A stretch of DNA of 64,000 bases from a virus, in IMG/VR virus record IMGVR_UViG_3300016471_001035, positions 75,595 through 139,594 of that record, one strand, 5' to 3'. Positions 1 to 9,252 of this stretch are shown piece after piece; position 1 is the stretch's first letter; the number at the start of each line of letters is the position of its first letter. The translations under genes were made by a program, and so were the position numbers. The notes beneath the pieces are model-generated. The model saw only the letters and a program-made list of their open reading frames with translations, was not told the DNA's origin and searched no databases.

Positions 1-1
1 A

Positions 2-1663
2 GAGCAAAAACTTCAATATCTTGAATTATTAAGGATGATTGCTTATGCGGGGTTAACTACATTTGAAGGCGCTCTTGGTTCATTATCAGTAATTACGGGT
101 TTATGTGCTATTAGAGCGAGGTCTCGTAATCAAAGAATCCCTACTTTTAATAAGGAAGTTCACAGCGATGAACAAAATGCTGGTGCGTATGTTGGTGAAC
201 CACGCAAAGGGTTTCAGGAGAATATAGTTTCATTTGACGCTAATAGTCTATATCCAAATGTTATGATAACATTAAACCTCTCTCCTGAAACAAAGGTAGG
301 GGTAATCACAGATAAAAATGATAAAGAAATAACTATACAGCATGTAAACGGACAAGAATTTAAATTATCACATCAAAGCTTTGTTGATTTTGTAAAGAAA
401 GAAAAGATAGCTATTTCAAAAGCAAAAGTTTTATTTACTCAGAAAGAAAAAGGAATTATACCGGTAACTGTAGATCATTTTTACAAGAAGAGAGTAGAGA
501 TTAAAAGACAGCTTAAACTTTTACAAAAGAAAATTATTTCTATAGAGAAAAACACAGATGAGTATAAGCAACTCAAATTGCAGATAGATAATTTAAATAT
601 TACTCAACATACTATAAAAATCTTAATTAATACCATATACGGTTATTTCGGTAATAAGCACAGTCCCTTAGGCGATGATCAGCTAGCTGAGAGTATTACT
701 CTTACAGGCCAAGCTGTAATTAAAGAATCTAATAGATTATTAGAAGAGTATGTAAAAAGTAAGACAGGAATGAGTAATGAAGATATCATAAAAGATACGC
801 CTATAATTTACAATGATACTGATAGTTCGTACATTTCTATTAAACATATCGTACAAAAAACAGGATTAAAAATGCTTGATAGTAAGGGTAAAATTACTTC
901 TGAATACTATAAAGAGGTACAGTCAATAGAGGACTATCTTAATAAAAATATTGTTGTCTGGGGTCAAACTGCGCTTGGTTCGCAAGATTGTAGGTTAAAT
1001 TTTAAGAGAGAAGCTATAGCAGATGCAGGGATTTTTCTACAGAAAAAGAGATATGTACTTCACGTATTAGATGAGGAAGGCATACCATGCAATAAGTTTA
1101 AGTATACAGGGGTAGAAGTGGTTAGGACTACTATGCCTGCGCCTATAAAGCCCCACGTTAAAAAGATTATTGAGACAATGTTATTAACAAAAGACCTAGC
1201 AGCTACTAATAAAATTTTTAATGAAACTTATGAAATATTTAAAAACCTTAGCGTAGAAGATATAGCTTTTGTAATGGGCATTAAGGGGTATGAGAAATAT
1301 TCATCGATGTGTGACGGCTTTAAGACAGCAAAACATATGCCTATTCACGTAAAAGCTGCATATTTTTATAATATTTTGCTCGATAGGTTTAATACAGGTA
1401 AAAAGTATGAAAAGATATCATCTGGAGATAAAGTAAGATATTTTTATGCTAAACAGCCCAACAAATTCGGTATATCTACTATCGGCTATAAGTATTCCTT
1501 TCCTAAAGAATTTAATGATGTGTTCGAACCTGATCACGAATTAATGTTTGAGAAAATTATTTTCTCAGTTATTGAGAGATTTTATGATGCAGTTAATTGG
1601 AAGCTTCAATCCCCAGGGACACAGGTTCAAACTGACCTTTTTGATCTACTAAAAGAAAGTTGA
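2..1663 (+). CDS. gp43: Family B DNA polymerase (T4 gp43-like), 5'-truncated by window edge
   Basis: Motifs SFDANSLYP (A), KILINTIYG (B), YNDTDS (C), KKRY. Frame is open from position 2, so ATG 35 is internal. Confidence 0.96.
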   Translation, partial: EQKLQYLELLRMIAYAGLTTFEGALGSLSVITGLCAIRARSRNQRIPTFNKEVHSDEQNAGAYVGEPRKGFQENIVSFDANSLYPNVMITLNLSPETKVGVITDKNDKEITIQHVNGQEFKLSHQSFVDFVKKEKIAISKAKVLFTQKEKGIIPVTVDHFYKKRVEIKRQLKLLQKKIISIEKNTDEYKQLKLQIDNLNITQHTIKILINTIYGYFGNKHSPLGDDQLAESITLTGQAVIKESNRLLEEYVKSKTGMSNEDIIKDTPIIYNDTDSSYISIKHIVQKTGLKMLDSKGKITSEYYKEVQSIEDYLNKNIVVWGQTALGSQDCRLNFKREAIADAGIFLQKKRYVLHVLDEEGIPCNKFKYTGVEVVRTTMPAPIKPHVKKIIETMLLTKDLAATNKIFNETYEIFKNLSVEDIAFVMGIKGYEKYSSMCDGFKTAKHMPIHVKAAYFYNILLDRFNTGKKYEKISSGDKVRYFYAKQPNKFGISTIGYKYSFPKEFNDVFEPDHELMFEKIIFSVIERFYDAVNWKLQSPGTQVQTDLFDLLKES

Positions 1664-1687
1664 TTTTAAATTACTATAACATAATAT
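1660..1687 (+). promoter_or_regulatory. Sigma70-type promoter, start codon at predicted +1
   Basis: TTGATT-N16-TAATAT-N6-ATG(1694); the -35 overlaps the polymerase TGA stop. Confidence 0.65.
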
Positions 1688-1693
1688 ATCTAC

Positions 1694-2050
1694 ATGAGTA
1701 AAGAAAATATTGTCACTTTTATCGATCACATTGGTAGAACTATTATTGCAACACATGTTGACCAAGATAAGTCACATTTAACTGTTAAAAACCCTGCCAT
1801 TATCCATGTTCAACCTACGCAGAACGGTCAGCTAAATGTGCAGACAATTCCTTTATTTTTTAGAGAATTTGTTGGTGAAAAATCTAAAGCTACAGGAACT
1901 ACATGGAAGTTTAATTTACAAAATATTGTTCTAGGTATTGACATTGACAATGATCCTCGTCTGTTAGAACAATATAATAAGCTTTTTACTTTTGTAGCTC
2001 CATCCCCTGCAAAAGAATCAGCTCCTGTAATTAAGTTGTTCGACGAATAA
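1694..2050 (+). CDS. Hypothetical protein between DNA polymerase and UvsX
   Basis: 118-aa ORF with its own promoter; no recognised motif. Confidence 0.8.
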   Translation: MSKENIVTFIDHIGRTIIATHVDQDKSHLTVKNPAIIHVQPTQNGQLNVQTIPLFFREFVGEKSKATGTTWKFNLQNIVLGIDIDNDPRLLEQYNKLFTFVAPSPAKESAPVIKLFDE

Positions 2051-2058
2051 TATTTTAC

Positions 2059-2086
2059 TTGTTTTTTATTTTTCAGTCTTTATACT
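2059..2086 (+). promoter_or_regulatory. Sigma70-type promoter, start codon at predicted +1
   Basis: TTGTTT-N16-TATACT-N6-ATG(2093). Confidence 0.7.
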
Positions 2087-2092
2087 AGTTTT

Positions 2093-3211
2093 ATGAGTAA
2101 AGACCTTAATAAAATATTTGCGTCACTAGATAAGCTTAATAGCGAAGCTTCTTTTTTAAACGAAAATGCACTTAGTAAAGTTGATGAGTGGTTTGATACT
2201 GGATGCTATGCTCTTAACGCTATTCTTGGCGGGAGTTGTCGCAACGGTGGCGTACCTAAGGGAAGAATAACAGGATTCTCTGGACCTAGTCAAACTGGTA
2301 AGACTTTTATTGTAAATAAGATTTTAGCTACTGCTCAAAAAAAAGGTATTACTCCCGTTATATTTGATACTGAAATAGCTATTGATGAAAATAGTACAAA
2401 AGGTGTAGGTTTGGATCCCGAAAATGTAAAATATGTGCCTGTTGACACCATTGATCAGTGTCGTAATCAAGTTAGTGCACTACTCGATAGTATTATAGAA
2501 AATGATGCTAGAGGTAAATTTATACTTAGTATTGACAGTTTAGGCAATCTTGCTTCACAGAAAGAGCTCGATGACGTAGCTAAAGATAAATCTGCAGCGG
2601 ATATGGGTCTTCGTGCAAAGTCTTTAAAGAGTATGTTTCGCACTTTAACCTTTAAGGCTGCAAAGGCTGGCGTTACAATTCTTTTTACCAATCATACGTA
2701 TGATGATCCAGCTGCAATGTTCCCAAGTCTTGTGAAGAATCAAGCCGGTGGCTCAGGCCCTGTATATATGGCAAGTATACTTGTACAGCTTGCCAAGCGC
2801 CACGAGAAGGAGGGCGAAGGTGATTCTATGGATGTAGAGGACAAGAAGCTAGCAGAAGCCAATAAATACAGCGGTACAACACTTCGTGCATTGACTGTAA
2901 AGAATCGCTTCTTGCCTCCGTTTTTAGAGACTGAAATGTATCTTTCTTTTAAAACCGGTCTTAACAAGTACAGTGGATTGCTTGGTATGGCTGCAGTGAG
3001 AGGTATCGTTGAACAAAACGGTGCCACATACACAGTGGGGATTACAAGCGGTAAGTACAAGAAGGGTGATAAACTAGGGTATGCAAAGACTTTTGCAAAA
3101 GATCCTGCTTTCTACGAGGAATTTATTATTCCTGAGTTAGATAAGAGATTAATAGAGGAATACAAATATAATGCCAACGAAGAAGGTAAAGAAGAAGAAC
3201 CTATCGAGTAG
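2093..3211 (+). CDS. uvsX: RecA-like recombinase UvsX
   Basis: DTGCYALNAILGG, Walker A GPSQTGKT, FDTE, IDSLGNL, TNHTY, VKNRF. Confidence 0.95.
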   Translation: MSKDLNKIFASLDKLNSEASFLNENALSKVDEWFDTGCYALNAILGGSCRNGGVPKGRITGFSGPSQTGKTFIVNKILATAQKKGITPVIFDTEIAIDENSTKGVGLDPENVKYVPVDTIDQCRNQVSALLDSIIENDARGKFILSIDSLGNLASQKELDDVAKDKSAADMGLRAKSLKSMFRTLTFKAAKAGVTILFTNHTYDDPAAMFPSLVKNQAGGSGPVYMASILVQLAKRHEKEGEGDSMDVEDKKLAEANKYSGTTLRALTVKNRFLPPFLETEMYLSFKTGLNKYSGLLGMAAVRGIVEQNGATYTVGITSGKYKKGDKLGYAKTFAKDPAFYEEFIIPELDKRLIEEYKYNANEEGKEEEPIE

Positions 3212-3941
3212 GGCTGTAGTCCCTGTTAGTGGTGGCATGGACAGCTCAGTACTGCTTCATTTAGCAGCTGAACGGTATGATAAGATAGTTGCTGTAAGCT
3301 TTGCATATGGTCAAAAGCACGGGGTAGAAATAATTTATGCTACACGACAGCTAGGCCAAGTACTTAAAAAAGTGGGCGAAAAAAATATAGTACATAAAAT
3401 TATTAATTTACCGTTTTTTAAGGATGTTTGTCAGGTTTCTTCACTTCTTAACAATAAGATTGCAGTAGCTAAAGCCAAGGACGTAATGGGAGATCCGCAA
3501 ACAGTAAACTATGTACCTTACAGAAATACGATGCTGCTAAGTATTGCATTAGCAATAGCTGAAAACTGCGGTGCTTCTACTGTTTTTCATGGTGCTGCGC
3601 AGGCTGATAGTGTTGCGGGATTTTGGGATGGGAGTGAGGAATTTTTAGAACAAATTAACAAACTTTCATCACTCAATAGACGGAACAAGATAACCGTTCA
3701 AGCTCCTTTAATCAAAAAATCTAAATCAGATATTATTAAATTAGGTATAAAGTTGGGAGTAGATTTTAGTCAAACATGGACTTGTTATGAGGGCGGAGAA
3801 CAGGCCTGCGGTGAATGTACTGCGTGTTCTTTGAGAATAAAAGGCTTTATTGACGCTGGTTATATAGACCCGGTAAATTATAAAACATTAATACCTTGGG
3901 AAAAATATAAGTGTAAGTTAATCTATAACTCTGCAAAATAA
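3171..3941 (+). CDS. queC: 7-cyano-7-deazaguanine synthase QueC family PP-loop ATPase
   Basis: SGGMDS PP-loop, YGQKH, YVPYRN, C-terminal Zn site TWTCY...CGECTACSLR. Confidence 0.92.
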   Translation: MPTKKVKKKNLSSRAVVPVSGGMDSSVLLHLAAERYDKIVAVSFAYGQKHGVEIIYATRQLGQVLKKVGEKNIVHKIINLPFFKDVCQVSSLLNNKIAVAKAKDVMGDPQTVNYVPYRNTMLLSIALAIAENCGASTVFHGAAQADSVAGFWDGSEEFLEQINKLSSLNRRNKITVQAPLIKKSKSDIIKLGIKLGVDFSQTWTCYEGGEQACGECTACSLRIKGFIDAGYIDPVNYKTLIPWEKYKCKLIYNSAK

Positions 3942-5014
3942 TATAATTTACCGCTTGTTGTCTTAAAATTAGCAGGGGTATGTGTCCAAGTAAAACCGTC
4001 TTCAGAAGTTAAAATTTGATCAAAATTTGAATATCCGGCAGTAGAAACGTTAGTGACCAGAAGCACAAATTTACCTTGACCATAAGTAAAGCTTCTAATT
4101 CCTCCAGAAAATAGATTAGTTGTTACATTTCCAGGAATCATATTAAATGTAGCTCCATTATCAGTAGAATATACTGCTTTCATAGAATCGCCCAACACTA
4201 CCCATTTACCGTTTCCATAAGCTATAGATTGAGGATAGGAAAAGGTACTAGTATTAGGCCCACTTGAAGCGGCCCAGGATATCCCATCAGAAGAATAGCA
4301 AATACCATAAGCAGTGGGATTTACACTGTAACCTGCAGCTAAATATCTATTATTTGCAAATAAAGCTTGAATGTACCACAGGGTAAAAGGAAGAGAGGTT
4401 GTTGCCCAACTAATACCATCATTTGAGTAGACAGCTGTATTTGTTCTAGTAGCCCCTCTACCCGGGCTTGAAGCTACAAATCTATTATTTCCGTAAGTAA
4501 TAGAAGAATAATGTGATACTGTAGAGCTTGTTGGTAAAGTTGTCTGTATCCAAGAAGCAGCATTATTATTACTGTATGCGCCTCTTCCTAATTGTGTTGT
4601 ACTGCCACCTACAGCTGAAAAAATTCCGTTACCGTAAACAACATCAACTAGATTTGCTCCTGAATAAAAAACGCCCCCGTTAGACCATGTAATTCCTTTA
4701 TCAGCGCTGTAAATTGATTTAGTAGAGCTTATTAGAACTAAAATATTGTTAACACTATTATAAGCTAAAGATCTCCAAGTATCTGACACTGGTAAGGATC
4801 TGCTAGTCCAGTTGGTACCGTCATCAGAAAAATAAATTAAATTTTGGGTAGAACCAACATATATAAATTTACCTACATTTTTGTTATAAACATTTTTCCA
4901 TACACCTTCATTTTTTACATATCCTTTTTGAACATCTCTCCATTGACCATTATTCTTTACAAATATATTTTTTACAGCTTTCCATGTACCAGAAGATTTA
5001 ATATATGCAGGCAT
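3923..5014 (-). CDS. Putative fibre/receptor-binding protein with Asp-box-like beta-propeller repeats
   Basis: Repeated YSxDGxxW and YGNGxFV units; N-terminal (Y/F)(I/V)KxxGxW triple repeat. Confidence 0.65.
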   Translation of the reverse strand: MPAYIKSSGTWKAVKNIFVKNNGQWRDVQKGYVKNEGVWKNVYNKNVGKFIYVGSTQNLIYFSDDGTNWTSRSLPVSDTWRSLAYNSVNNILVLISSTKSIYSADKGITWSNGGVFYSGANLVDVVYGNGIFSAVGGSTTQLGRGAYSNNNAASWIQTTLPTSSTVSHYSSITYGNNRFVASSPGRGATRTNTAVYSNDGISWATTSLPFTLWYIQALFANNRYLAAGYSVNPTAYGICYSSDGISWAASSGPNTSTFSYPQSIAYGNGKWVVLGDSMKAVYSTDNGATFNMIPGNVTTNLFSGGIRSFTYGQGKFVLLVTNVSTAGYSNFDQILTSEDGFTWTHTPANFKTTSGKLYYFAEL

Positions 5015-5023
5015 ATATTAATA

Positions 5024-5245
5024 TTAAGTTACTTGATAGTATATATCTCCGTCGTTGCCAGTAGTATTTAATGGCGGACCGGCTGCAGTAGATACAGTTA
5101 TATTTGGCTTGCCGGTTATACTTGCAAATGAAACAGGTAAGCTTGATATTTCAGCTTTACTAGTAGCAACTCCATTAGAAAAAGGTATTACGCTAGTACT
5201 ATCTGGAATAGCAGGGCTTAATTCTGATATAGTAACATCACCCAT
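5024..5245 (-). CDS. Small fibre-associated protein with shared MxDxTISxL N-terminus
   Basis: N-terminus resembles those of 17466-18197 and 18932-19783; ends in GNDGDIYYQ, a motif typical of phage fibre proteins. Confidence 0.6.
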   Translation of the reverse strand: MGDVTISELSPAIPDSTSVIPFSNGVATSKAEISSLPVSFASITGKPNITVSTAAGPPLNTTGNDGDIYYQVT

Positions 5246-5257
5246 ATAAATCTCTTT

Positions 5258-6160
5258 TTAAGCAGTACTGTACTTGTCAAATTCGTCGAAGCTTCTTCCA
5301 CCTTTATAACCTAGCTCTCTTGCGATTGAAGTAGGCTCGTCTTCTTCAGGATATTCTTCTACCGTTTCCACTTCACCGGTACCTTCGCCTTCTTTTTTCT
5401 CAGATGAAGGTGAAAAACTATTTTTAAATTTTAATGAATCAATAAAGTCCTGTACCATTTCGCTGTCTTTAGCCATCTTTTCATCATAGGCGCGAATAAT
5501 AGCCTCTTCTACTTCTTTTTTAAGCTCAGGTGAATTATAAATATCGCTACCACTAGATACAGTTATTTCATCAGGCAATTCATTAAAGATTGGCATCCAT
5601 TCTTTAATAAATCTAACATCGTTTTTTATAAAGGTATTTGTTGTAGAAGCTGGTGTTGCAGGTGATGTACCAGGTGCACCGGGAGCAACTACTTTCTTAC
5701 CCTCTACCCCAGAGGTAACAGCTTGCTTGACTTGTGCTGGGCTAGCTGCTGCACCACCTTCTACATCTACTCTTAAAACGTTTAACAAATTGTCAACTAT
5801 TCTAGCAGTGTATCTAGCTTCAGTACCGCCGAGTTTAAGTTCGTTTTTAATTAAATTTTCTAAATCTGTTCTAAATTTCATCTTAGATCCCGGATAATAA
5901 AGCTTATATTCTTTACCATCTATAGTATGAATTGCGGGTTTAAAGAGCTTTGTCTGTATTGCTTGAAGTAAACGATTTGCAATTTCTGCTTTTGTTTTAC
6001 CTTCCTTTGCAGCTGTTTTACCAATACCATACCCCTTGCCAGGCGCTTTTTCAATATCACCGGTATATCCTAGCTCGTCAGCATATATAGGTGCTTCTTT
6101 TAAAACCCTAGGTTTTTTAGTTAAATAAGCTTCGAAAATAAGCTTTGTATCTTTGTTCAT
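5258..6160 (-). CDS. Hypothetical late protein, candidate internal head protein
   Basis: 300 aa, TAAATA upstream, N-terminal LIFEA/VLKEA motifs, acidic C-terminus. Confidence 0.7.
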   Translation of the reverse strand: MNKDTKLIFEAYLTKKPRVLKEAPIYADELGYTGDIEKAPGKGYGIGKTAAKEGKTKAEIANRLLQAIQTKLFKPAIHTIDGKEYKLYYPGSKMKFRTDLENLIKNELKLGGTEARYTARIVDNLLNVLRVDVEGGAAASPAQVKQAVTSGVEGKKVVAPGAPGTSPATPASTTNTFIKNDVRFIKEWMPIFNELPDEITVSSGSDIYNSPELKKEVEEAIIRAYDEKMAKDSEMVQDFIDSLKFKNSFSPSSEKKEGEGTGEVETVEEYPEEDEPTSIARELGYKGGRSFDEFDKYSTA

Positions 6161-6161
6161 C

Positions 6162-6200
6162 TTGAATTATTTATTCTTTATATTATAATAAATCAGGAGG
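6162..6200 (+). promoter_or_regulatory. Sigma70-type promoter followed by Shine-Dalgarno AGGAGG
   Basis: TTGAAT(6162)-N16-TATAAT(6184-6189); AGGAGG at 6195-6200, 8 nt before ATT at 6209. Confidence 0.75.
6168..6173 (-). promoter_or_regulatory. T4-type late promoter core
   Basis: TAAATA-N7-ATG(6160), nested in the spacer of the opposite-strand sigma70 promoter. Confidence 0.6.
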
Positions 6201-6208
6201 TTATAGCT

Positions 6209-6892
6209 ATTTGCGGTATATTTGGTTCTAAAGACTTTACAACTTATGTAAAGCTTTATAAGAGCAACAAGAAACGTGGTACGTTTTCTTACGGTGGTCT
6301 ACTGATCGGCTCACATATTCACGCTGTTCTCAAGACACCAGGCACTGCCAACCTATCCAATAAGCTAGTTATAGAGTACGGTAAAAAGAGGAGAAACATT
6401 ACAGATTTTGATGTTTTTTTAGGACACACTCAAGCCCCTACATCTGAAAAAAGAACATTTTCACCAAATACATCTCATCCTTTTCAACATAAAGAATGGT
6501 TAATTGCACATAACGGGGTTTTAACAAACGATAAGGAATTAAAAAAGCTTATTAAAGATAAAAAATCTTATAACGTTGTAGATTCATCTGTTATTGCACC
6601 GCTTATAGCTATGTTTGTTAAAGAGCTAGATGATGAGGTTGCAGGTGTTTGCAAAGCACTATCGCTACTTAAAGGTACGTTTGGCCTTTGGATATATAAT
6701 CAAAAAACTGGTAATATTTTTCTCGCACGATCCGGCAGTACAGTATTCGCAGATTTTCTATCAAACGACTTTTCTTCTTTAAAGGAAAGCGGGTTTGTCC
6801 CTCTTGACGAAGGTACACTATACCTATTAACTAAGGAAGGGTTAACCTCCGTAGGCGTATTTAAGACTAACTCTCCGTTTTTTACACAATGA
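6209..6892 (+). CDS. Class II (Ntn) glutamine amidotransferase, ATT start, 227 aa
   Basis: Read by hand: ATT TGC GGT ATA TTT GGT = (M)CGIFG, then RG, LGHTQAPT, SHPF, AHNGVLTN, VDSSVI, LKGTFGL. No stop before joining ORF 6611-6892; no in-frame ATG/GTG/TTG back to the TAA at 6122. Confidence 0.9.
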   Translation: MCGIFGSKDFTTYVKLYKSNKKRGTFSYGGLLIGSHIHAVLKTPGTANLSNKLVIEYGKKRRNITDFDVFLGHTQAPTSEKRTFSPNTSHPFQHKEWLIAHNGVLTNDKELKKLIKDKKSYNVVDSSVIAPLIAMFVKELDDEVAGVCKALSLLKGTFGLWIYNQKTGNIFLARSGSTVFADFLSNDFSSLKESGFVPLDEGTLYLLTKEGLTSVGVFKTNSPFFTQ

Positions 6893-7581
6893 AAACAGCA
6901 TTTTATTTTTGTACAAGAAATTCTAAAGCGCAAGATACTTTTGCATTTAAATCTCTTCAAAGAATTAAACTAGCTACTCTATGGGAGTTTACTATAATTT
7001 ATAAGGAAAATAATAATGACGGATTAAGCTTAAATTATAATAGTGTTTTAGAAAAGCATGGTAAAGATTATGATAACATAGTTTTTATACACGATGATGT
7101 TTATATTGACGATCTTGGAGTGGTAAATAAGCTAGAAAAAGCTCATAATGATTTTGATATTGTAGGTCTTGCTGGGGGGTTAAATCCTGAAATTAAAGCA
7201 CCCGCCCTTTGGCATTTAATGTGTGGGGGGTTTAACAGCGGTAATTTGAGAGGAGCAGTAGCCCATAAATTTAATAATGATCAAATTTTTATGACCAATT
7301 TTGGCCCCACACCCGCTAGAGTTGCTATTTTAGATGGACTATTCCTAAGCGTTAAAACCGAATGTTTTTTAAAAAAGGAATTTAAATTTAATGAAAATTA
7401 TAACTTCCATCATTATGATATTGCCACCTGTATTGATGCTAATAAAAACAAATTAAAGTTAGGGGTCGTCCCTATATGGGTAGTACATAATTCACCCGGT
7501 CTTCTTAATATCAACGATGCTACATTTAGCGCTAGTCAATCTATATTTTTAAGAGAGTATAGCAGTATTGATTCTGTATAA
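6889..7581 (+). CDS. GT-A fold glycosyltransferase-like protein
   Basis: LSLNYN, VFIHDDV (DxD-like), IVGLAG, LDGLFL, FHHYD; ATGA overlap with the amidotransferase. Confidence 0.75.
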   Translation: MKTAFYFCTRNSKAQDTFAFKSLQRIKLATLWEFTIIYKENNNDGLSLNYNSVLEKHGKDYDNIVFIHDDVYIDDLGVVNKLEKAHNDFDIVGLAGGLNPEIKAPALWHLMCGGFNSGNLRGAVAHKFNNDQIFMTNFGPTPARVAILDGLFLSVKTECFLKKEFKFNENYNFHHYDIATCIDANKNKLKLGVVPIWVVHNSPGLLNINDATFSASQSIFLREYSSIDSV

Positions 7582-7595
7582 TTTTAATATATCAT
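7568..7595 (+). promoter_or_regulatory. Sigma70-type promoter, start codon at predicted +1
   Basis: TTGATT-N16-TATCAT-N6-ATG(7602). Confidence 0.7.
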
Positions 7596-7601
7596 AAGAG
7601 A

Positions 7602-8930
7602 ATGGTTAAATTAGATCTAGATTTTTTTGAGCTTATTATTGCTTATAAATCATTAACTGATGAAACCTATTTAGCTTCTGTTGTCGACCATATAAAGCCT
7701 ATTTTCTTTAAAAATAAAGATATTAAAGTTATTTTTACAATAATAAGAGATTTTTATGAAAAAAGAAATGCATGTCCTACCTTAACAGAAATAAAATCGT
7801 ATTTAACTAACGATGAGCTTAAAAATTCATTTAAGAATGTTGTAACACAGTTTAATAATTTAGATAAAAATTTTAACACAGATGAATTATCTGCTAATAC
7901 AGAAACTTTTATAAAAGAAAAATCCGTATACCATACAATGATGGATGTAGTAGATGATATCAACAAAAATAGTGTCGACACTTCTAAAATTTTAGCTAAA
8001 TTTGAAAAAGCTTGTAGTATATCTTTAACCACTGAAATAGGGTTAGATTTGTATGCTAATTTAGATAGAGTAATTGAAGACCTGCATTCTTCAGAAAAAT
8101 ATATTCCTTCTAAATGGAAATGGCTTGATGATAAAATAGGAGGTGGGTTTCTAGAATCTGGTAGAGCACTCTATTTGTTTGCAGGCGAAACAAATATTGG
8201 TAAAAGTATATTTTTAGGAAATGTAGCTATTAACATAGCTGAGCAAGGAAAGACTGTATTGCTTGTTTCTTTAGAAATGCCAGAAATAATTTATGCTAAA
8301 AGACTCGTTTCAAGTGTATCTAAAATACCATTAAGCCAATTAAAAATAGAGTCTGATTCTTTAAAAAATCAAATTAGCGAGTATTGTATTGAAAATCCAA
8401 ACGCAAAAATTATTATAAAGGAGTTTCCTCCCGCAACAATTACGCCCAACCATTTAAAGGCTTTTATTAAAAAATTAATACAAAAAGGTATTAAGATAGA
8501 TGCCATAGTTTTGGATTACGTAAATCTATTACATTCGTCTATGGGTGATTCAAGCTATGAGCGTGTTAAGATTTGTACTGAACAATTAAGAGCTTTATCA
8601 TATGGGTTTAATTGCCCTGTTATATCCGCTACTCAGTTAAACCGTGAGGGGTATGAAATAACTGACCCAGGTTTAAAGACAATATCAGAAAGTATAGGGT
8701 TGGCTATGACAGGTGACGTTATTATGAGTATTTGGCAAGAAGATACAGATAAAGAACTTGGCATTATTAAAATGGGATTAATGAAAAACAGGTTTGGACC
8801 TAATTACGGTCATTGTGCAATGAGGATAGATTATTCAACACTTACTATTACAGAAGACGAGCATATAAATGACACAGAAGCAAGCACTTCTTCAATTAGT
8901 ACGTTGACAAAATTAGCTATCGACAATTGA
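7602..8930 (+). CDS. gp41: Replicative DnaB-like helicase (T4 gp41-like)
   Basis: Walker A GETNIGKS, SLEM, VLDYVNL, ATQLNR, KNRFG. Confidence 0.95.
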   Translation: MVKLDLDFFELIIAYKSLTDETYLASVVDHIKPIFFKNKDIKVIFTIIRDFYEKRNACPTLTEIKSYLTNDELKNSFKNVVTQFNNLDKNFNTDELSANTETFIKEKSVYHTMMDVVDDINKNSVDTSKILAKFEKACSISLTTEIGLDLYANLDRVIEDLHSSEKYIPSKWKWLDDKIGGGFLESGRALYLFAGETNIGKSIFLGNVAINIAEQGKTVLLVSLEMPEIIYAKRLVSSVSKIPLSQLKIESDSLKNQISEYCIENPNAKIIIKEFPPATITPNHLKAFIKKLIQKGIKIDAIVLDYVNLLHSSMGDSSYERVKICTEQLRALSYGFNCPVISATQLNREGYEITDPGLKTISESIGLAMTGDVIMSIWQEDTDKELGIIKMGLMKNRFGPNYGHCAMRIDYSTLTITEDEHINDTEASTSSISTLTKLAIDN

Positions 8931-8955
8931 TTTATCTATTTAGTTAGATAATTAG

Positions 8956-9252
8956 TTGTTGAATGTGAAAGGTTACGATCCTTCTGAGCAATTAACAGAT
9001 TATGAACAAACTCATTTGTTTTTATCTTTCTGTTCGTTTGTAACACTCACTAATACAAAAAAATTAAATCTTGCTAATGTTTTTATTACCCTTCTTAAGA
9101 ATAAAGAATTTAGAGAGATTTTTAAAATTTATTGTGATTTAAAAAATGATTTTTCAGCTGTAAAATTTTTCTTGCAATTTGATTCAAGCTTGTATAAAAG
9201 TAAATATATAATGAAATTTTTAAACTCAAATAAAAAGGCGCTTTTCCTATGA
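8956..9252 (+). CDS. Hypothetical protein
   Basis: 98-aa ORF, start uncertain (TTG 8956 or GTG 8965); its stop overlaps the bS21 start. Confidence 0.65.
   Translation: MLNVKGYDPSEQLTDYEQTHLFLSFCSFVTLTNTKKLNLANVFITLLKNKEFREIFKIYCDLKNDFSAVKFFLQFDSSLYKSKYIMKFLNSNKKALFL

Noticed and set aside
808-825. YNDTDS instead of YGDTDS in the polymerase as a sign of modified-nucleotide use
   Set aside because: The catalytic DTD is intact and this position varies among family B polymerases; not informative alone.
5024-5245. N-terminal Gly protein near queC as a deazaguanylation substrate
   Set aside because: Its paralogues start MAD, it is a late gene on the opposite strand, and proximity is the only support.
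6611-6892. 93-aa ORF as a complete gene
   Set aside because: It is the C-terminal part of the amidotransferase starting at 6209.
8927-8967. Leaderless sigma70 promoter for ORF 8956
   Set aside because: TTGATT is present but no TAnnnT follows at N16 and the start is ambiguous; excluded from the counts.
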